Positions 12,531 to 24,941 of a stretch of DNA of 33,000 bases are shown here, piece after piece. Numbering within the stretch: position 1 is the stretch's first letter; each line of letters opens with the position of its first letter. The stretch spans positions 62,001 to 95,000 of the forward strand of contig NW_021836291.1 in assembly GCF_006345805.1 (NCBI RefSeq). Direction: 5' to 3'. Source of the DNA: Octopus sinensis (lineage: Eukaryota). Made by a program: the position numbers and the translations under genes. The notes under the pieces are model-generated. The model ran no database searches, had not been told where the DNA came from, and saw only the letters and a list, made by a program, of their open reading frames with translations.

Positions 12531-12896
12531 GAATATTAAAGATCTTGGAAAGCATGATGGAAAAATTCAAAAACCGAGATTAAGTTCAAATACCAAATCA
12601 TATTCAATTGAACATCACATTCCCGGATAGAGAGCACTCAGACCCGCCTAAAAAGGATCCAGTCCCAAGTGAAGGAGTAGAACTTTTAGCACTGAGCGAA
12701 CCCTGCCCCAAGGACACGAAATAAATAATTACAATAAATGGTGTTTAATATTTTTTAATAAAAGGTTTTACAATCTGTTATTTATGTCCATATATTAATT
12801 TTACCGATTTAAGTTAAATTTTTTGTCAATACATTTTTGACACTTAATATTTTATAGATAAAGAAAAATTATTATTAGAGAAATTAAGCAACCAGT

Positions 12897-13785
12897 TTAA
12901 TCATCAATAAGTGAGTTATGAATTTCTGCCAGATCTAAAATTGTATTAAATAAACAAAACCCTGGAAATATCTTATAGTTGAATACTCCAATTTACTGGT
13001 AGCGTCTCTGTCGACGATAAATATTACCCTTGGGTGGTACTGGAAGGCAGAACATGTCCACATATGATTCACCCCACATTCAATTGCGTGATGAAGAGCA
13101 AGTGCCTTGGACATTCCAGTAGCCAATATTATGACCTCTCGTGCATTCATAATTGTTTGTATTCCTACAGTTAATGCCTGCTTTGGTGTCTCTGAAAGAG
13201 ACCCAAAATATCTTGAATTGTCCAAAATGGTGGATTTGTTTAAAGTTTTAACACGAGTAATTGAACTTAGAGACGATCCCGGTTCATTAAAAGCGACGTG
13301 GCCATCAGTACCGATTCCACCCACAAAGGTATCAATTCCTCCAGCATCCTTGATACTCTGTTCATATTTGCAACATTCATCCTCCAAATTGAGAGAGGTT
13401 CCATCCGGAATGTTGACATTGTTTGGATCGATATCAACGTGTGAGAAAAAGTTATCCCACATATATGTCCTGTAGCTCTCCCTATGGTTTAGTGGGAGGC
13501 CTAAATGAGTATTTTTTACACAAATAAATACCTACGTATTCATCCATGTTAAAAGTTTTTATATATTTAAAGGATAATTCATCGGAATTATAATACTCAA
13601 CTAATTTTTTGTACATGCCAATTGGGGTGTTGCCTAATTGATTAGTTTGTACCGTTTCTACCTGTAGGCAAACCAAGAACGAAGTAATTTTCTGCAGATG
13701 GATTAAAGGTTTTAATTTTCTTTTTTAAATATTTTGCAGCCCATGTTGTCACATCGTCAGCACTTTCCAGTATTATGAGCCTCAT
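12897..13785 (-). CDS. GNPDA: Glucosamine-6-phosphate deaminase, 4 exons, 267 aa model
   Basis: [57 protein letters not shown]. Introns 13634-13661 (28), 13501-13531 (31), 12935-12960 (26); ends [12 protein letters not shown]. Confidence 0.97.
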
Positions 13786-14834
13786 CAAAAACAAGTTCAC
13801 GAGAATAATAATTTACAATATTAAAAAATATCATTTTAAGCTTAAGTGATATTAATTTCTAATTTTATTAAAATTTCATTTATCAAGGCAACGTCCCTCT
13901 CTTGCACAAATGTCCTTCTTACGGTATCTGCTAGCGTTTTTTAAATACAACATCCTCAGTTCTTTATATATGTGCTTCATGGACTGGAACGTCAGACCTG
14001 GAAGAGCCTGACCCTGCGAAACATGTTTTGGATCCCATGGAAGAAACCAGAGCCTTGTTTCTATTACAGTGGCCTTGTTTCTATTTTGTACCTGCTTAGA
14101 CCTATTTTTATGTAACACGGCATTCCGTCTCCCAACCAGACACAAAACGACGTGAGCTGGAATCAGAAAGCACTTAAATGTAAAATCAAATAGTAGTTAA
14201 ATATTTTAGATTGAATAGGCGTTTTATGTTTGAGAAACGATAATCACTATCAAGTATTTTTTCTTTCATTAGTTGAACCCCCAAAAAGTGCATTTTTTAA
14301 CCCAAAAAAAATTTGTTAATAATAAAAAATAGTGGCAAGATTTAGAATTTGGTGAGGAATAGACGTTGATTAAGAATTCGAGACAAGGAAGAGATAAAAG
14401 GAGACGCAGTGACACTGGGATCACTTAATTAGACGATTACTATTCTTCTTTCCTGTGTTCCCGGGGTTAAATAATAATAATTCATGAAGATGGGTATGAT
14501 TTGTAGAAAGAAAAATCAAAAAAATGCCTCATATTTCTTTTTCGTAGCTGTAATTTTTATAATGTGAATTTATTTTTAAAATAAATAATTTGGCCATTTA
14601 TTTATTTGGTTATTGTTAAACTTCCATCAATTGTATTGCTTTTCAAATAAGAAACAACAATTTTTAACTTATCGATATTTTTAATGATTTTCTGAGCAGC
14701 ATTTTTAGCAAAAACGGAACATCTGAATATCAAGGTCCGAATGAAAATATCGGTCAATAGGTAAAAAGTGTAAAATAGATAGAAGCTTGTCACAACTAAT
14801 TTAAAATAAATATAAAAATATTTTACTAGTGGCT

Positions 14835-14955
14835 CACGGGCCAATTTTATCTAGTAAAATTTCTCGGCGGGTAAATTACCTTTAGTATTAAAATTTTGTT
14901 CGTGGGCCATTTGTTATTCTTTACGGGCCGCTATTTACCGACCTCTGGTATAAAT
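14835..14955. mobile_element. Single end of a Charlie/Buster-type hAT element
   Basis: Minus strand from 14947 reads CAGAGGTCGGTAAATAGCGGCCCG, with further GGCCC subterminal motifs; the adjacent 8-mer gtaTAaat (14948-14955) fits the Buster NNNTANNN target. No partner end found. Confidence 0.6.
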
Positions 14956-15401
14956 TTTTGCACAAACAAACCATACTTGTCAAATATAAATAAAGAGTAC
15001 CAGTTTTCTCAAACTATTTTTCATAACTGGGAAAATACAGTGGACGCAAGAAAACTGGTTTTCCAATTTCTTGAATTTTTTATATTGTATGATATGTCAA
15101 TTTATTTAAATTTGTAATTCTCGGAAAGTAAACTCTTGAGTTTTTTAATTTTAATAATTTTTTCTCAAAAATGAGTGACCTGGAAAATTTATCTCAGTTT
15201 AGTTTGTTTGTTCTCAATCGAAATTATTTTTATTTTTTTTCAATTGCATATAAGACTTTTCAGATGGGCACATGTTCCGAAAATTTAAGATAAATAAAAA
15301 CAAAAGAAATTAAGAATTCTCACTCAATCAAAAACGATAGTAGAAATTGCGTGAATACCGAAATGAATCATTAGAAAGATTAGTAAATGCATTATATTAG
15401 A

Positions 15402-16326
15402 CTAAAGCATGAATGGGAGGTCTAAATTTTTTTGTCCGAGTCCCCAGTACAGACTACCGAATTTGCAGGTTCCTGGAATATTGTAAAAGACATATCCGGG
15501 CCATAGAAGACTTCGGATTGTCACAAGTGCACTTCCACGCTCAAATTGAAGAATCCAGGAATCTAAATCATTTGATCACATTTAGGAACTATTGGGGACA
15601 GAATTCTCAATGCTATTGAAAATATCAATCGAACTTTCGTAATCTCCGCGCTGAGCCACTGCCTCGACGTTGAACTCCTTTGGATCGGAGAAATAAAAGT
15701 AGTTCGAGAGTTGAGCAGCTTCCGGGACAGTCAGTCCTGAAAAGAACGATTTTTCATTTTTACCCTCGAAAGAACGGTTTTTGACTATGGTTTTATCAGG
15801 AGTAGCGAGATATGCTCTCCGAGGTACGATTGCCACGTCGTCCACGAGTTTAATCAGCGATCTTAGACGGTCTTCTTCCTTGATCAGAACCTATTCATTT
15901 GAGTATTATTTGACCAACCACTTTCTCGTTGTCCCCATCCTCCCCTACGACTTTGTCAATCACCTCGTATTCGTAGCTCGGGTCTCCGGAAAAGCGTTCA
16001 AAAATCATTGGGTAGCGTTTGAGACTTATTTCGTCAACCTCGGGCAGCAGATTCCAGGTCACGCATTTAAAACTGAGTTATATAAACTATTCACTCGACC
16101 TGTAGAAAACGGTTTTGTTTCTCATCAAGTCATTCCTGAACCCTTGGGCAATGTAGTAGTCTGCGTTTAGTCCTTCGACTTTTCCCCAAAACTCGACTTT
16201 GTTAAAATTGTTATTTGCTTTTAATATTGGCAACGAGGTTTGCAAGGCTGCTCTTATTTGAGGCGGCAGTGAAATTCCGCTTGTCCCAAGATATTCAACA
16301 TCAACTAACACAGTCTGCGAGTCCAT
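15402..16326 (-). CDS. RSPH9: Radial spoke head protein 9, 4 exons, 280 aa model
   Basis: FWGK..GL.ADYYIAQG, F.GDPSYEY, IKEEDRL, AIVPR.A, NR.FEG, SW..Q.ERG..LV..RSLLWPG..FY, G.G.KN.DLPFML*. Introns 16073-16099 (27), 15891-15918 (28), 15563-15589 (27). Confidence 0.96.
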
Positions 16327-16548
16327 TCGTTTCCAAGGAGTCTTTTCTTATACTTAATAATTATGTGACTCCAAGAAACTACAATAAATTTTTACTAATT
16401 TTAATAATTTGAAATTCACGCTACTCTCATTTGGTCTATTATTTTGAGTTGTGCTGTTTTTCTTACTTTTCCTTTTCCACAGTCATATGTGCTTAATTGA
16501 TTTAATGAATTCGGGACATTTTGTGTTCGATTACTTATTTAGTAGAAC

Positions 16549-17010
16549 TCAGTTTTGCAGCAGTCGAAAATGATAGACTCGACTTATAGATAAAACATTA
16601 TGCCAGATTATATTACCAACTTGCTTGAGTGATACATCAGGACACAACTGTAAGTCCTGTTTAATAGATTCTAGTTCTGGACCAAGGTGAGAGTTCAAAG
16701 ATTTGAGGAATTCAACTACAGTGTCGAAGAGAGTGAATATACGTCCCAAACAGTCACCCTTTGATAGCCACCTTACTTCTCTACGCATTAAAAGTCGTAC
16801 AAAATCTTCATCATTATCGACACAAAGCTGGTAAAAAAGACGTGAATTCAGCGAGTTTGATTTAATTTTGTTAATAGAAGAAATAACTGTATTAAGAGAA
16901 GAATATAATCGAGCAGTTGTGTTTTAGCAACTAAATGCTGCCGATGGATCATACAATGAATAGTCAGTACAGTTGACCTGGACAGCCACACAATTTTTAA
17001 GATCGAAAGA
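16549..17010 (-). mobile_element. Buster/ZBED8-type hAT transposase fragment
   Basis: IHCMIHRQHLVAK..INKIKSNSLNSRLFYQLC.DN.E.F.RLL...EVRWLSKG..L.RIF.L..TV.EFL; truncated at both ends. Confidence 0.88.
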
Positions 17011-17715
17011 AAGTTAATTATTTTTAATTAATTTCGAGGTAGGAAGTCCCTTAGTTACTCTTGTCTTATAGTTTCTTTGTACTGTAGTGCGGCCGAATAA
17101 ACGCTAGGAAGCTCGACATCCCATCAGGAAAATTCATTTCCATGCAGTCTGTATGTGATGAGATATCCATGGCGGCTTACTTGTCAAAAACGGTCGGAGT
17201 TTCCAGGACGGTAAGGTAAATACGATAATTCTTATAAATCAATTTGATTAAAAGGCAAATTAGCTTCTATTATTATTTTAAATTGGAAAATTGATTCTTT
17301 TAAAATGAAAACCCTCTAAATATAATAAACAATATGAGTCGGTGACAAATATTTTTATCAAATTTTGAAAAAATACCTAAGTATCAATTAAATATTTTAA
17401 TTGTCTTCAGATGTATTTTTTAATTTTGTACGTTCTCTGCCGACGATTGCCAATTAAGAAAAGATTATAATTTGCTAATCAATAAAATTGATATTTGTTT
17501 ATCGGCATTCAAACTAATTAAATGACAAAAAACAAACTGAATACATAATTCTTTCATAAGTTTTAAATAAAATACATTGTGTCAATAAACGTTTAAATTA
17601 GTTTTTCTAATGTAACATCAGTCTTTAACGATTTAATTCATTTCAATAAAAGAAATTGATGAGATTTAATTAAACCAAAGGAAAAATTGAATTAATAAGT
17701 TAATAATCTAAGCTT

Positions 17716-17993
17716 CTAATTGTTGTTCAAGTCATCGTCGCTCTCTTCGAAATACTCATCGCTATCCTCATCTCGATTTTCCTCGGTGTACTCGTCAACG
17801 TCATCTTCATCCCATTCTTGGTCTATGTCCTCATCAAAAGACTCGTCTTCAAGTCCGACAAGATCATTGTAGTCTACAGAGCTGATGTTTCCCAGCGTTT
17901 CCTCATTCAAATCTACATAATATGGTTAGGAAGAATACCAATTTTCTGAAATAGGCATGCGAAAAAAATACAAAAACAGATCACAGTAGTCAT
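17716..17993 (-). CDS. Small secreted hyperacidic orphan protein, 2 exons, 83 aa model
   Basis: ATG at 17993; exon 1 MTTVICFCIFFACLFQKI (hydrophobic, signal-like); 26-nt GT-AG intron 17913-17938; exon 2 continues in frame into a D/E-rich stretch to the stop at 17716. Confidence 0.7.
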
Positions 17994-18269
17994 TTTAAAT
18001 AAACAATAAAATGTATTTATATATTATCCATTGGATTTACCAGACAAATAAATTAAAACTTTCATAAATATAATTATAATTATATAATTTCTTTTTGATC
18101 GAAGAGATTGGGGTTTCTTCGACGGGTAAAACAATCCTCACACTTCCTAAGATCAATATAATTTTTCATTCGATAAAGGTATCCCTTTATTAAAAAAAGA
18201 AACTAATTATTGGTATCCCTTTATTAAAGAAACAAAAAAATAATAATTGAACATTTTAGCGATTAGAAG

Positions 18270-18672
18270 TCTCTATGTTCTTCTCTTGGAGTGAATTTAA
18301 TATCAGCTTATCATTGGATTGAAAATAAAGATAAAGAAAGACATTTGATGAAAGTAATAGTTATAAATATAAAAGAAATACTTGTTCTTATGTTTGAGCC
18401 CGGTATTTGAAGGTAAGGTTTATTTAGCATTTATTAGCTTGCTTGGGCCAAAAGTAATAAAGTGGGCTGTGCGACAACATTTTGCGATCATTGTGTATTT
18501 TTATGTGGGGGAAAGCTGACTTTTTGCAAATATTCCCCATTGTATCTTTGATAATTTCTGGATTTTGATTAGTGGGAAGATTGAAGAAAAACCCTAAATT
18601 GCTGGAAAACCGTGCAATCAATGCCAAATTTGGCATTATCCTACGAAACAACCTTTGCATTTGTCTTTTTGA
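18270..18672 (+). pseudogene. CAP/SCP (venom-allergen/PR-1-like) unprocessed pseudogene
   Basis: LGVNL..(frameshift)..FDESNSYKY..NTCSYV*ARYLK|LAWAKSNKVGCATTFC..FCKYSP|FGKIEEKP*IAGKPCNQC. Introns 18413-18437 (25) and 18542-18572 (31); stops at 18395 (TGA) and 18595 (TAA). Confidence 0.7.
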
Positions 18673-18729
18673 TTTTATAATTTATGGTAGATCCCAAAAC
18701 TTTCTCAGGTGTGTTTTTTGATATTAACA

Positions 18730-19260
18730 GTGCCGGATTGGCTTAAACTGTTCTGCTCGCTCTTTTTGGTCTTGGCTTTCTCCCATCCAGAGTCTGTAAT
18801 AAAAACCTCTTTCCCTCTGCTTGCTACGATCGTCAATCAAGAATTGGCTTCTTACGACGAGAACTGTTTTTCTCATCGCTGGTTTCAGGCCTATCTCGCC
18901 AATTCAGAGACTTCCACTGGTCCAACCTCCCATAACACGCCTGCTGTCGTGAATAATGACGAATATCTCCACAGAAAGGTCAATAGCAAATTCATGGATG
19001 ACGATGTTCGCGGAGCTGTTAGACTTGTCGCTTCGACGAGTTCGATTTTGTCCTCGACACCCGCAGTCTTAAATTCTCTAAGAGAGAAACATCCCTCTGA
19101 GTCCCACGACTTGAGACCTCAGACGTCCCCTCCACACTCAATCTATTCGTGGCCTCTGAACACCTCTTACTAAAAGCCCTAAGGAACTTTTCATTAGAAA
19201 GCAGCGGTGAAGTAGATGGCCTGAGGCCTGGTCATCTAAAAGGTTTGAATCCAAGTCTGT
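18730..19260 (+). mobile_element. CRE-clade retrotransposon fragment (region upstream of RT)
   Basis: WLKLF..KVNSKF.D.DVRGAVRLV.S...L.SLREKHP, then after a frameshift ALRNF..ESSG.VDGLRPGHLK. Confidence 0.8.
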
Positions 19261-19397
19261 TCAATGTCGCAACTTCCATCTACCGAAGTATTTTTTGACG
19301 TCCAATTTACATTCAAACCGAATCTAACGATTCTCGGTCAACTATCCAGGCTAGACACAGGTATCTTTACCTGTGCGATGGGCGAGCTCGACATTAG

Positions 19398-19692
19398 ATT
19401 CTATTCGCGCCCTTGCCGACCATTCTTGAGGTTTGGAAGGTAAGAGCGAAAACTCAAAAAAGTCCGAGCAAATCTTGGGTAGCTACTTCACCGAAAAAGA
19501 GTCGACGAAACCTACCGACTCGAAAGCCCTCGTGGAAACGTGTAAAGAAAGTAAACTCGAATAAGGAAAATTTTTGTTATCATAATTTGACAGTTTTATT
19601 TAATGCGCTCGTTCAAATCAGTAAAAGAAAAAGCCTTAAAAACCGAAAACCCATCCGAAATGATTAATTCTCTTTTTCCATTTCTTTTTTAA
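19398..19692 (+). CDS. Possible 3' exons of an unidentified gene
   Basis: Open segments 19398-19439, 19469-19550 and 19594-19692 join by GT-AG introns of 29 and 43 nt (..EVWK|QILGSYF..ETCKE|ILFNALVQI..PFLF*). No homology recognised and no start found. Confidence 0.3.
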
Positions 19693-20002
19693 GCCTTAAA
19701 TTGTCTACTAAAATAATGATGGCGTCCCACGGTTTCTTTTACATCACTCTTAGCACCGCACACGTTGTTTTGGAGAAGAATAATTATAAGTAATTGTCCC
19801 ATATTCTTTTTTAACTAATATATTCAAAAGTCTCATCTTTGTCTTGAGACAGACATCCTTGATACACCAAAAGTGCTAAAAACTGAAAAAAACTAATATG
19901 TTTTTAATATTTTATATTAATACAAAAGTTTATTTTTGCATTTTTTATAAATATTTTAAATTAATAAACCTGTTATAGTGCGGATTGCGGTCATTTGAAA
20001 AA

Positions 20003-23000
20003 ATGACTGACGAGAGAGTTTCCAATGTCGATAATGACTTGTTGGGATTGAAGGAACAATACAAGGACTGGTCATTGGAATCAGAATTAAAAGTGAGCTA
20101 ACTTTGTATCACATCATAGCTAATAAAGTTTATTAAGAACTTTTCGTCCGAAATATTAGAAAAGTGCAACTCTGTAGAAAACAGAATGACAAGTGTCTTG
20201 GAGGAGTGCGAGGTTGAGTACAAAAAACATGTCAGATGACAGACGTACAAGTGGGAAACGCGATAAACCAACTCTCCATCCTCTCCGACTTTAACTTCAT
20301 AGAGAATGTAATGGGCGAGCCGGCAGAGTCCCCCAAAAAGGACGACCCACCCCCCAGAAAGTCGATGGACATCAAAATGGCCTTCAAGGCTGCCAAAGAC
20401 GTGGCAGACAAATGTTTGGTCAAAGTGGACTGGTCGACGGTGTGTGTGAAGGACGAGGACTCGGAGGAAGACACTGACCTGCCCCCAGCCTACGGAACGG
20501 TGGACGAATACACCAGGAGACCACTGCCCTACATAATCGGCACTGAGGAGTTCGAAAATGAGTTTTTTGTGGGAGTGAGCGACTACGACGAGTCCAATTC
20601 CTCAGTGACTGGCAGTCGAGACAATTCCCTTGATGGATGGAGTGCCGGTTCTCTCTCCTCGTTGTCGGAGGATATTTTTGCCGAGTGGACGGAGGGGAAT
20701 GTTATTTGTGAGAACGAATTGAACCGAGGAGGGGACTCGTCCAAAGTCAGCAATTTTCGGAAAACAGGAACTTTGTTTGACAGTTCTGACGAGGATGACA
20801 TATTTTTGGACGACATAAAAACGCCGTCCCCAATAATTCAGCAGACTGAGGCCACATTCGTCAGTTCTGATTGTAAAACGTCTCTTCAAGACCATAAAGT
20901 GGAGGCATCACATGAACGAGATGTTTATCCCACATCCGAACAAAAACTGAAGAAGCAGTACACTTTGTTCACCAGTTCTGATGACGATCCAGTCTTTTCT
21001 GACGAGAATAACCCGAGGACATTTCCTAAGGAAGTCAAGACAGTTCCCCGTCCTGCACATAATTTGTTTGACAGTTCTGATGACGATATTCCTAATTTGA
21101 ACAAAGTGCCGAATGAAGGGAAGGTATATTTGCTTTAATCTACTGATGAGGTGGATAATTCAAGTTCTGTACTACTAAAAGGCAGTGGGAAGGGGTTACA
21201 GTTGTCTAATACAATCGGCAGTACGTTATTCGATAGTTCTGACGACTCAACTGGGGAAAACGCCAAGAGTAGAGTAGACGGCTTTTCTAAACCGTCTGTT
21301 GTCAGTACAGTGCCCAGAACTAAGGGGATGTATGAAAATAACTCAGAAAGTTCCTCAAATCAGTTATTAGTTGGGAAAATTACAAAAAATGTGCTTTTTG
21401 AGAGCTCGGATGAAGTGGAAAGTACAAAACAAATTGCTTTTGGACAGAAAGACAAATCGAATAAAGTTAGTTTCAGACTACCGGAAATGACTTCAAACAA
21501 ATTATTCATTCGTCAGAGTGTCAAGCATTCTGAGGGGAGTGATTCCCAGTCCTCTGCCGATGGAATCTCAAAAAAGCGCACCCCATACGAGAATACACAA
21601 GTCCCTCAATTACAACTTCCTACTGGTCGTAGTGAAGCTGTGGTGGAATCCACAGATGGCAATTCTCACAAAGAGCCTGTGGTTTGTCCTGAGAATTGTC
21701 CAAAGAAGAGTGAAGTCGTGAAAAGGGGGAATACTCTATTCGACAGTTCCGACGAGTCAGTGGATGATCATAATATTGGGACTTTCCAGAGTGAGGACAA
21801 GACTTTGAGACATATTTCTCCAAGTCCCGACTCATCAGTAGAGAATAAAAGAAAAGAGTTATTCGATGACAATATACCAATTAATTTGTCTGAGAGTGCT
21901 GGGCAGTCAGATAATTCGAATAAAGTTGAATTCAAATCCGCGGATGTCCATTCTGACTCGTTTTCGACTAAATCATCTGTGGATAAATGGGATACAACAA
22001 ATAGTCAAATCCGAACACAACATGAAATATTGAGTGACAAGAGACCGATCGGTCCTTCTAGAAAACCTCCTCTCAATGTGGAATTGCATTTATCCTCGGA
22101 TCATATGGACGTGGAAGTACTCCCCCATACACTGCAAGTGAAATCTGTTAAGGTTGATGAAGGAAATGGGCACTCCACAAGTTTAGGAGGTAGAGAGGGG
22201 ACAAAAATGGTGGGACATACTTTGTTTGACAGCTCTGATGACTCTTTTGTCGAGGAAAAGGCTGAATCTTCACTATTGAAGAAAACAAATATTTTGGAGG
22301 ATAGTGTTGCTGGAATATCTAATCAGAATGAGTGTTCTGCCCAATTGGAGAGCAAGAATGATAGTTCGAACGAGAATTTCGCCCCCTCTAATTTTGACCA
22401 ACCTGGTAAAGTTCGATTTAAACTGCCGGATGTCACTTCGAGCAAACTGTTTCTCAAACAAAGTGCGATTCATTCTGGTGACAATCTACCCTCTGCTAAA
22501 TTGACTGGGAATAAATTAATCCTGTCTCAAAGTCAAAGGAAACCGACTTTACAAGATCAGAGTAATGTGGAGACCTTCTCAAGTACTGATTCGAGAAGAC
22601 CGAGGGGTCCTCGTAGAAGATTACCCTCCAATCCACATTTGCTATTATTCCCAGAGTCAACTGCCTTGGTGGAGGATGATCTTCTGTTTCCTGATAAACA
22701 TGTGGAAGAAGTCCCATTCGGGGTAGTAAAGTCAAATATTGCAGTTAATGAGTTGTCTCATCAAAACATTGAGGAGTATTCCAAAGTACTGTTAGAAATG
22801 GTTGTCGAGGATGAGATTCCTGATAAACATTCGGATGAAGAGAGTTTGGGTGGCGTGGTCAAGCCAGAGCTTTTGGAGGAAGAGGAGTTGTCAAATCAAC
22901 ATGTGGAAGACGATTTCTTGGCTAGTATAATGCAGTCAAATATAAAAGCTGGGAATGAATTACATTCAGATAATTCAGAGTTGAACGTTGTAAGTAATTC

Positions 23001-23181
23001 TGAGTTGATGGGAAATCCGCAATCTTTGATTCCCCCACTATTCGAAGAATTATATCAGGATGAGGAATTTGATGTCTTTAATCAAGTTGACTTGGATGAC
23101 TTTGTGGACTTTGATGTCCCTGATATTCCTGACAACAACGAATTTGATAAATTTTTTGAAGCCGATGAAGAATTTAGATAA
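20003..23181 (+). CDS. WASHC2: WASH complex subunit 2 (FAM21)-like, 4 exons, 1033 aa model
   Basis: N-terminal WSL..E..L..F...FS..I..K...V......NA.NQ..ILS...FIEN and RPLPYIIG..F, followed by a long acidic tail with repeated LFDSSD motifs. Introns 20093-20119 (27), 20213-20235 (23), 21124-21150 (27). Confidence 0.88.
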
Positions 23182-23259
23182 TATATGATATTTAATACTT
23201 ATATTTTTTGACTTTAACTTCATTAATTGCGTCGTGAAGGGGTGGTTTATCAATGCTAC

Positions 23260-23286
23260 TGACTATATTTTTCTTTTCAGTTATTA
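23260..23286. repeat. Copy 1 of a perfect 27-bp direct repeat
   Basis: tgactatatttttcttttcagttatta; identical to 24942-24968, and the flanking bases differ on both sides. Confidence 0.9.
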
Positions 23287-23584
23287 CTTTTCCTTATTCT
23301 ATGTGTAGTTTGGCGGTCTGGTCTTGAACAGTATATGTTTCCCTATACATAAATTCTTGTTTGCGATTATTTTTATCGTCGAAACTGCTAATCCAGTTTC
23401 TGAAATAACTTTTCTTAATCTTTTGTGAAGTTCTGAGTGACATTAGAAACGCTCACATATCCAATTTGGTGTGTTTGTGTTACTATCAAAGCTATATTTG
23501 ACATTTTGTAAATAATTTTTGCGCATTTTTGATATACAGCAGGTCAGAGTGTATTTGCTTCTCTGTTAGAATAGAAAACATCTT

Positions 23585-24935
23585 ATTATTAAGCATTTCT
23601 CGCCTTGGCAGAATAATTACAACAGGACATGTGCAAAACAGGAAACAATTTTATTGGTCATTCTCTTCAATCTACTACGGTCATGAGCATTTGATCCTCA
23701 CACGACTTTAAACACTTCCTTACTTTTTGGAGGTCATTGTGCAATGCGACCGGTAGCGTCATCCTTGGTTGACCACGAAAGCATTTCCCTTCGATAATCG
23801 TTGGCTGGGGCAGATTCACACGCAGAATATGGCCAAGCATTCTCCATCTGGCATCAGTAATATCCCGGCTTAGGGGTTTACTCTTGCATTTGTTGTAGAT
23901 TCCAGAATTCGAAATTCTGGCAGGCCAGTTCACACAAAATAAGTCTAAGCTGTTTTCTGTGAAACGCGTTGAGAGCCGTTGATTGGGCACTCGTACAGGC
24001 CCAAGTGCCGCCATTGTATAACAGTATCGACTTCACAAATACATATACATCGGTAGATTGACACCGATTCCTTTCAGCCATCTCTTTTTGAGTTTTTCGA
24101 TTGCTATTTCAGCAAGTGTTTTCCTATTCATGATGTCTTGTGTGTCGCCCAGTAGAGATCTAAGCTTTTTGACATGTTGCCAGTGTTCATTGAGGATGTT
24201 GTCCATTCTTTTGATTTCGGTGATTTCCGTATTGACGAAAAGAAACCATTCCCTCAACTTATCTGGTTCATTACTCATCAAATCTGCAAGGGCTTCTGTA
24301 GAATATAAAGTCAACGTTATCTGCATAAACGACTTGGTGTATTTTTCCTTGATAGCATGTTCTTAGATGACGTAGTGCGGCTTTGAGATAAATCACAAAT
24401 AGCAAGGGAGACAGGGAATCTTCCTGATTGTGGTTTTAAAAGATCTGGACAGAGTTTTTCCAATCCTGACTGAAAGTTCAGTATTGGAGAGCACAGTCGA
24501 TGATCCTTTGCAGATTCATCCACAAATAGTTTAAGAACCTCCATAAGATTGTGTCTGCTGATAGTATCAAATTCTTTAGACATATCAATCCCAAGGATGA
24601 TCGTGGCATTTTTAAATCTTTAAGCGGTCATCTATGGCTCTAAAGGATATCCGCTGTTGGTTTATTAATTTTTGAATAGGTATCAATGTTCCATTTCCCA
24701 GAGTCCGCGGTTCTCCAAAAAAGGATTGAGATTATGACTGTTTGTGTCGAGTAGTCTTTCCAAGTGGGAGGCGATCAACTCGACTTGTTCTTAAAATAAG
24801 CTTCCCGTTCTCATCCGTTACATGTATTGTTGCTTTTTTCTTTACCTGCACTAAACGGACTGCAGCAAAAATTTGTGCATTGTCTTTTAGTTGCTCCAGC
24901 TCGAGGAGGCAGAATAAAAAGACATTCTCTTTCAC
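23585..24935 (-). mobile_element. Decayed RTE-like LINE (linker plus RT plus 3' end), same family type as 7145-8144
   Basis: LKDNAQIFAAV..HVTDENGKLI (linker); LGIDMSKEFDTISR; KLRSLLGD..RK.LA; ILLYNGGTW; ARWRMLGHILR; taataa tail near 23585-23594; many frameshifts and internal deletions. Confidence 0.85.
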
Positions 24936-24941
24936 TTACAT

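Noticed and set aside
13772-13792. VFDEAHN (XPD-type helicase motif II) in an alternative frame
   Set aside because: It overlaps the conserved GNPDA start MRLIILE in another frame, with no other helicase motifs; a coincidence.
13876-14145. 89-aa minus-strand ORF with a weak QG.ALP..F RT-like look
   Set aside because: No convincing motif set or splice structure.
18395-18597. Alternative genetic code (TGA=Cys, TAA=Tyr) suggested by the CAP stops
   Set aside because: Conserved genes here end at TAA, TAG and TGA and contain no internal stops; the CAP copy also has a frameshift, so a pseudogene is simpler.
18424-18660. ORF with a mitochondrial-transit-like N-terminus
   Set aside because: It is the antisense of the CAP exons and their introns.
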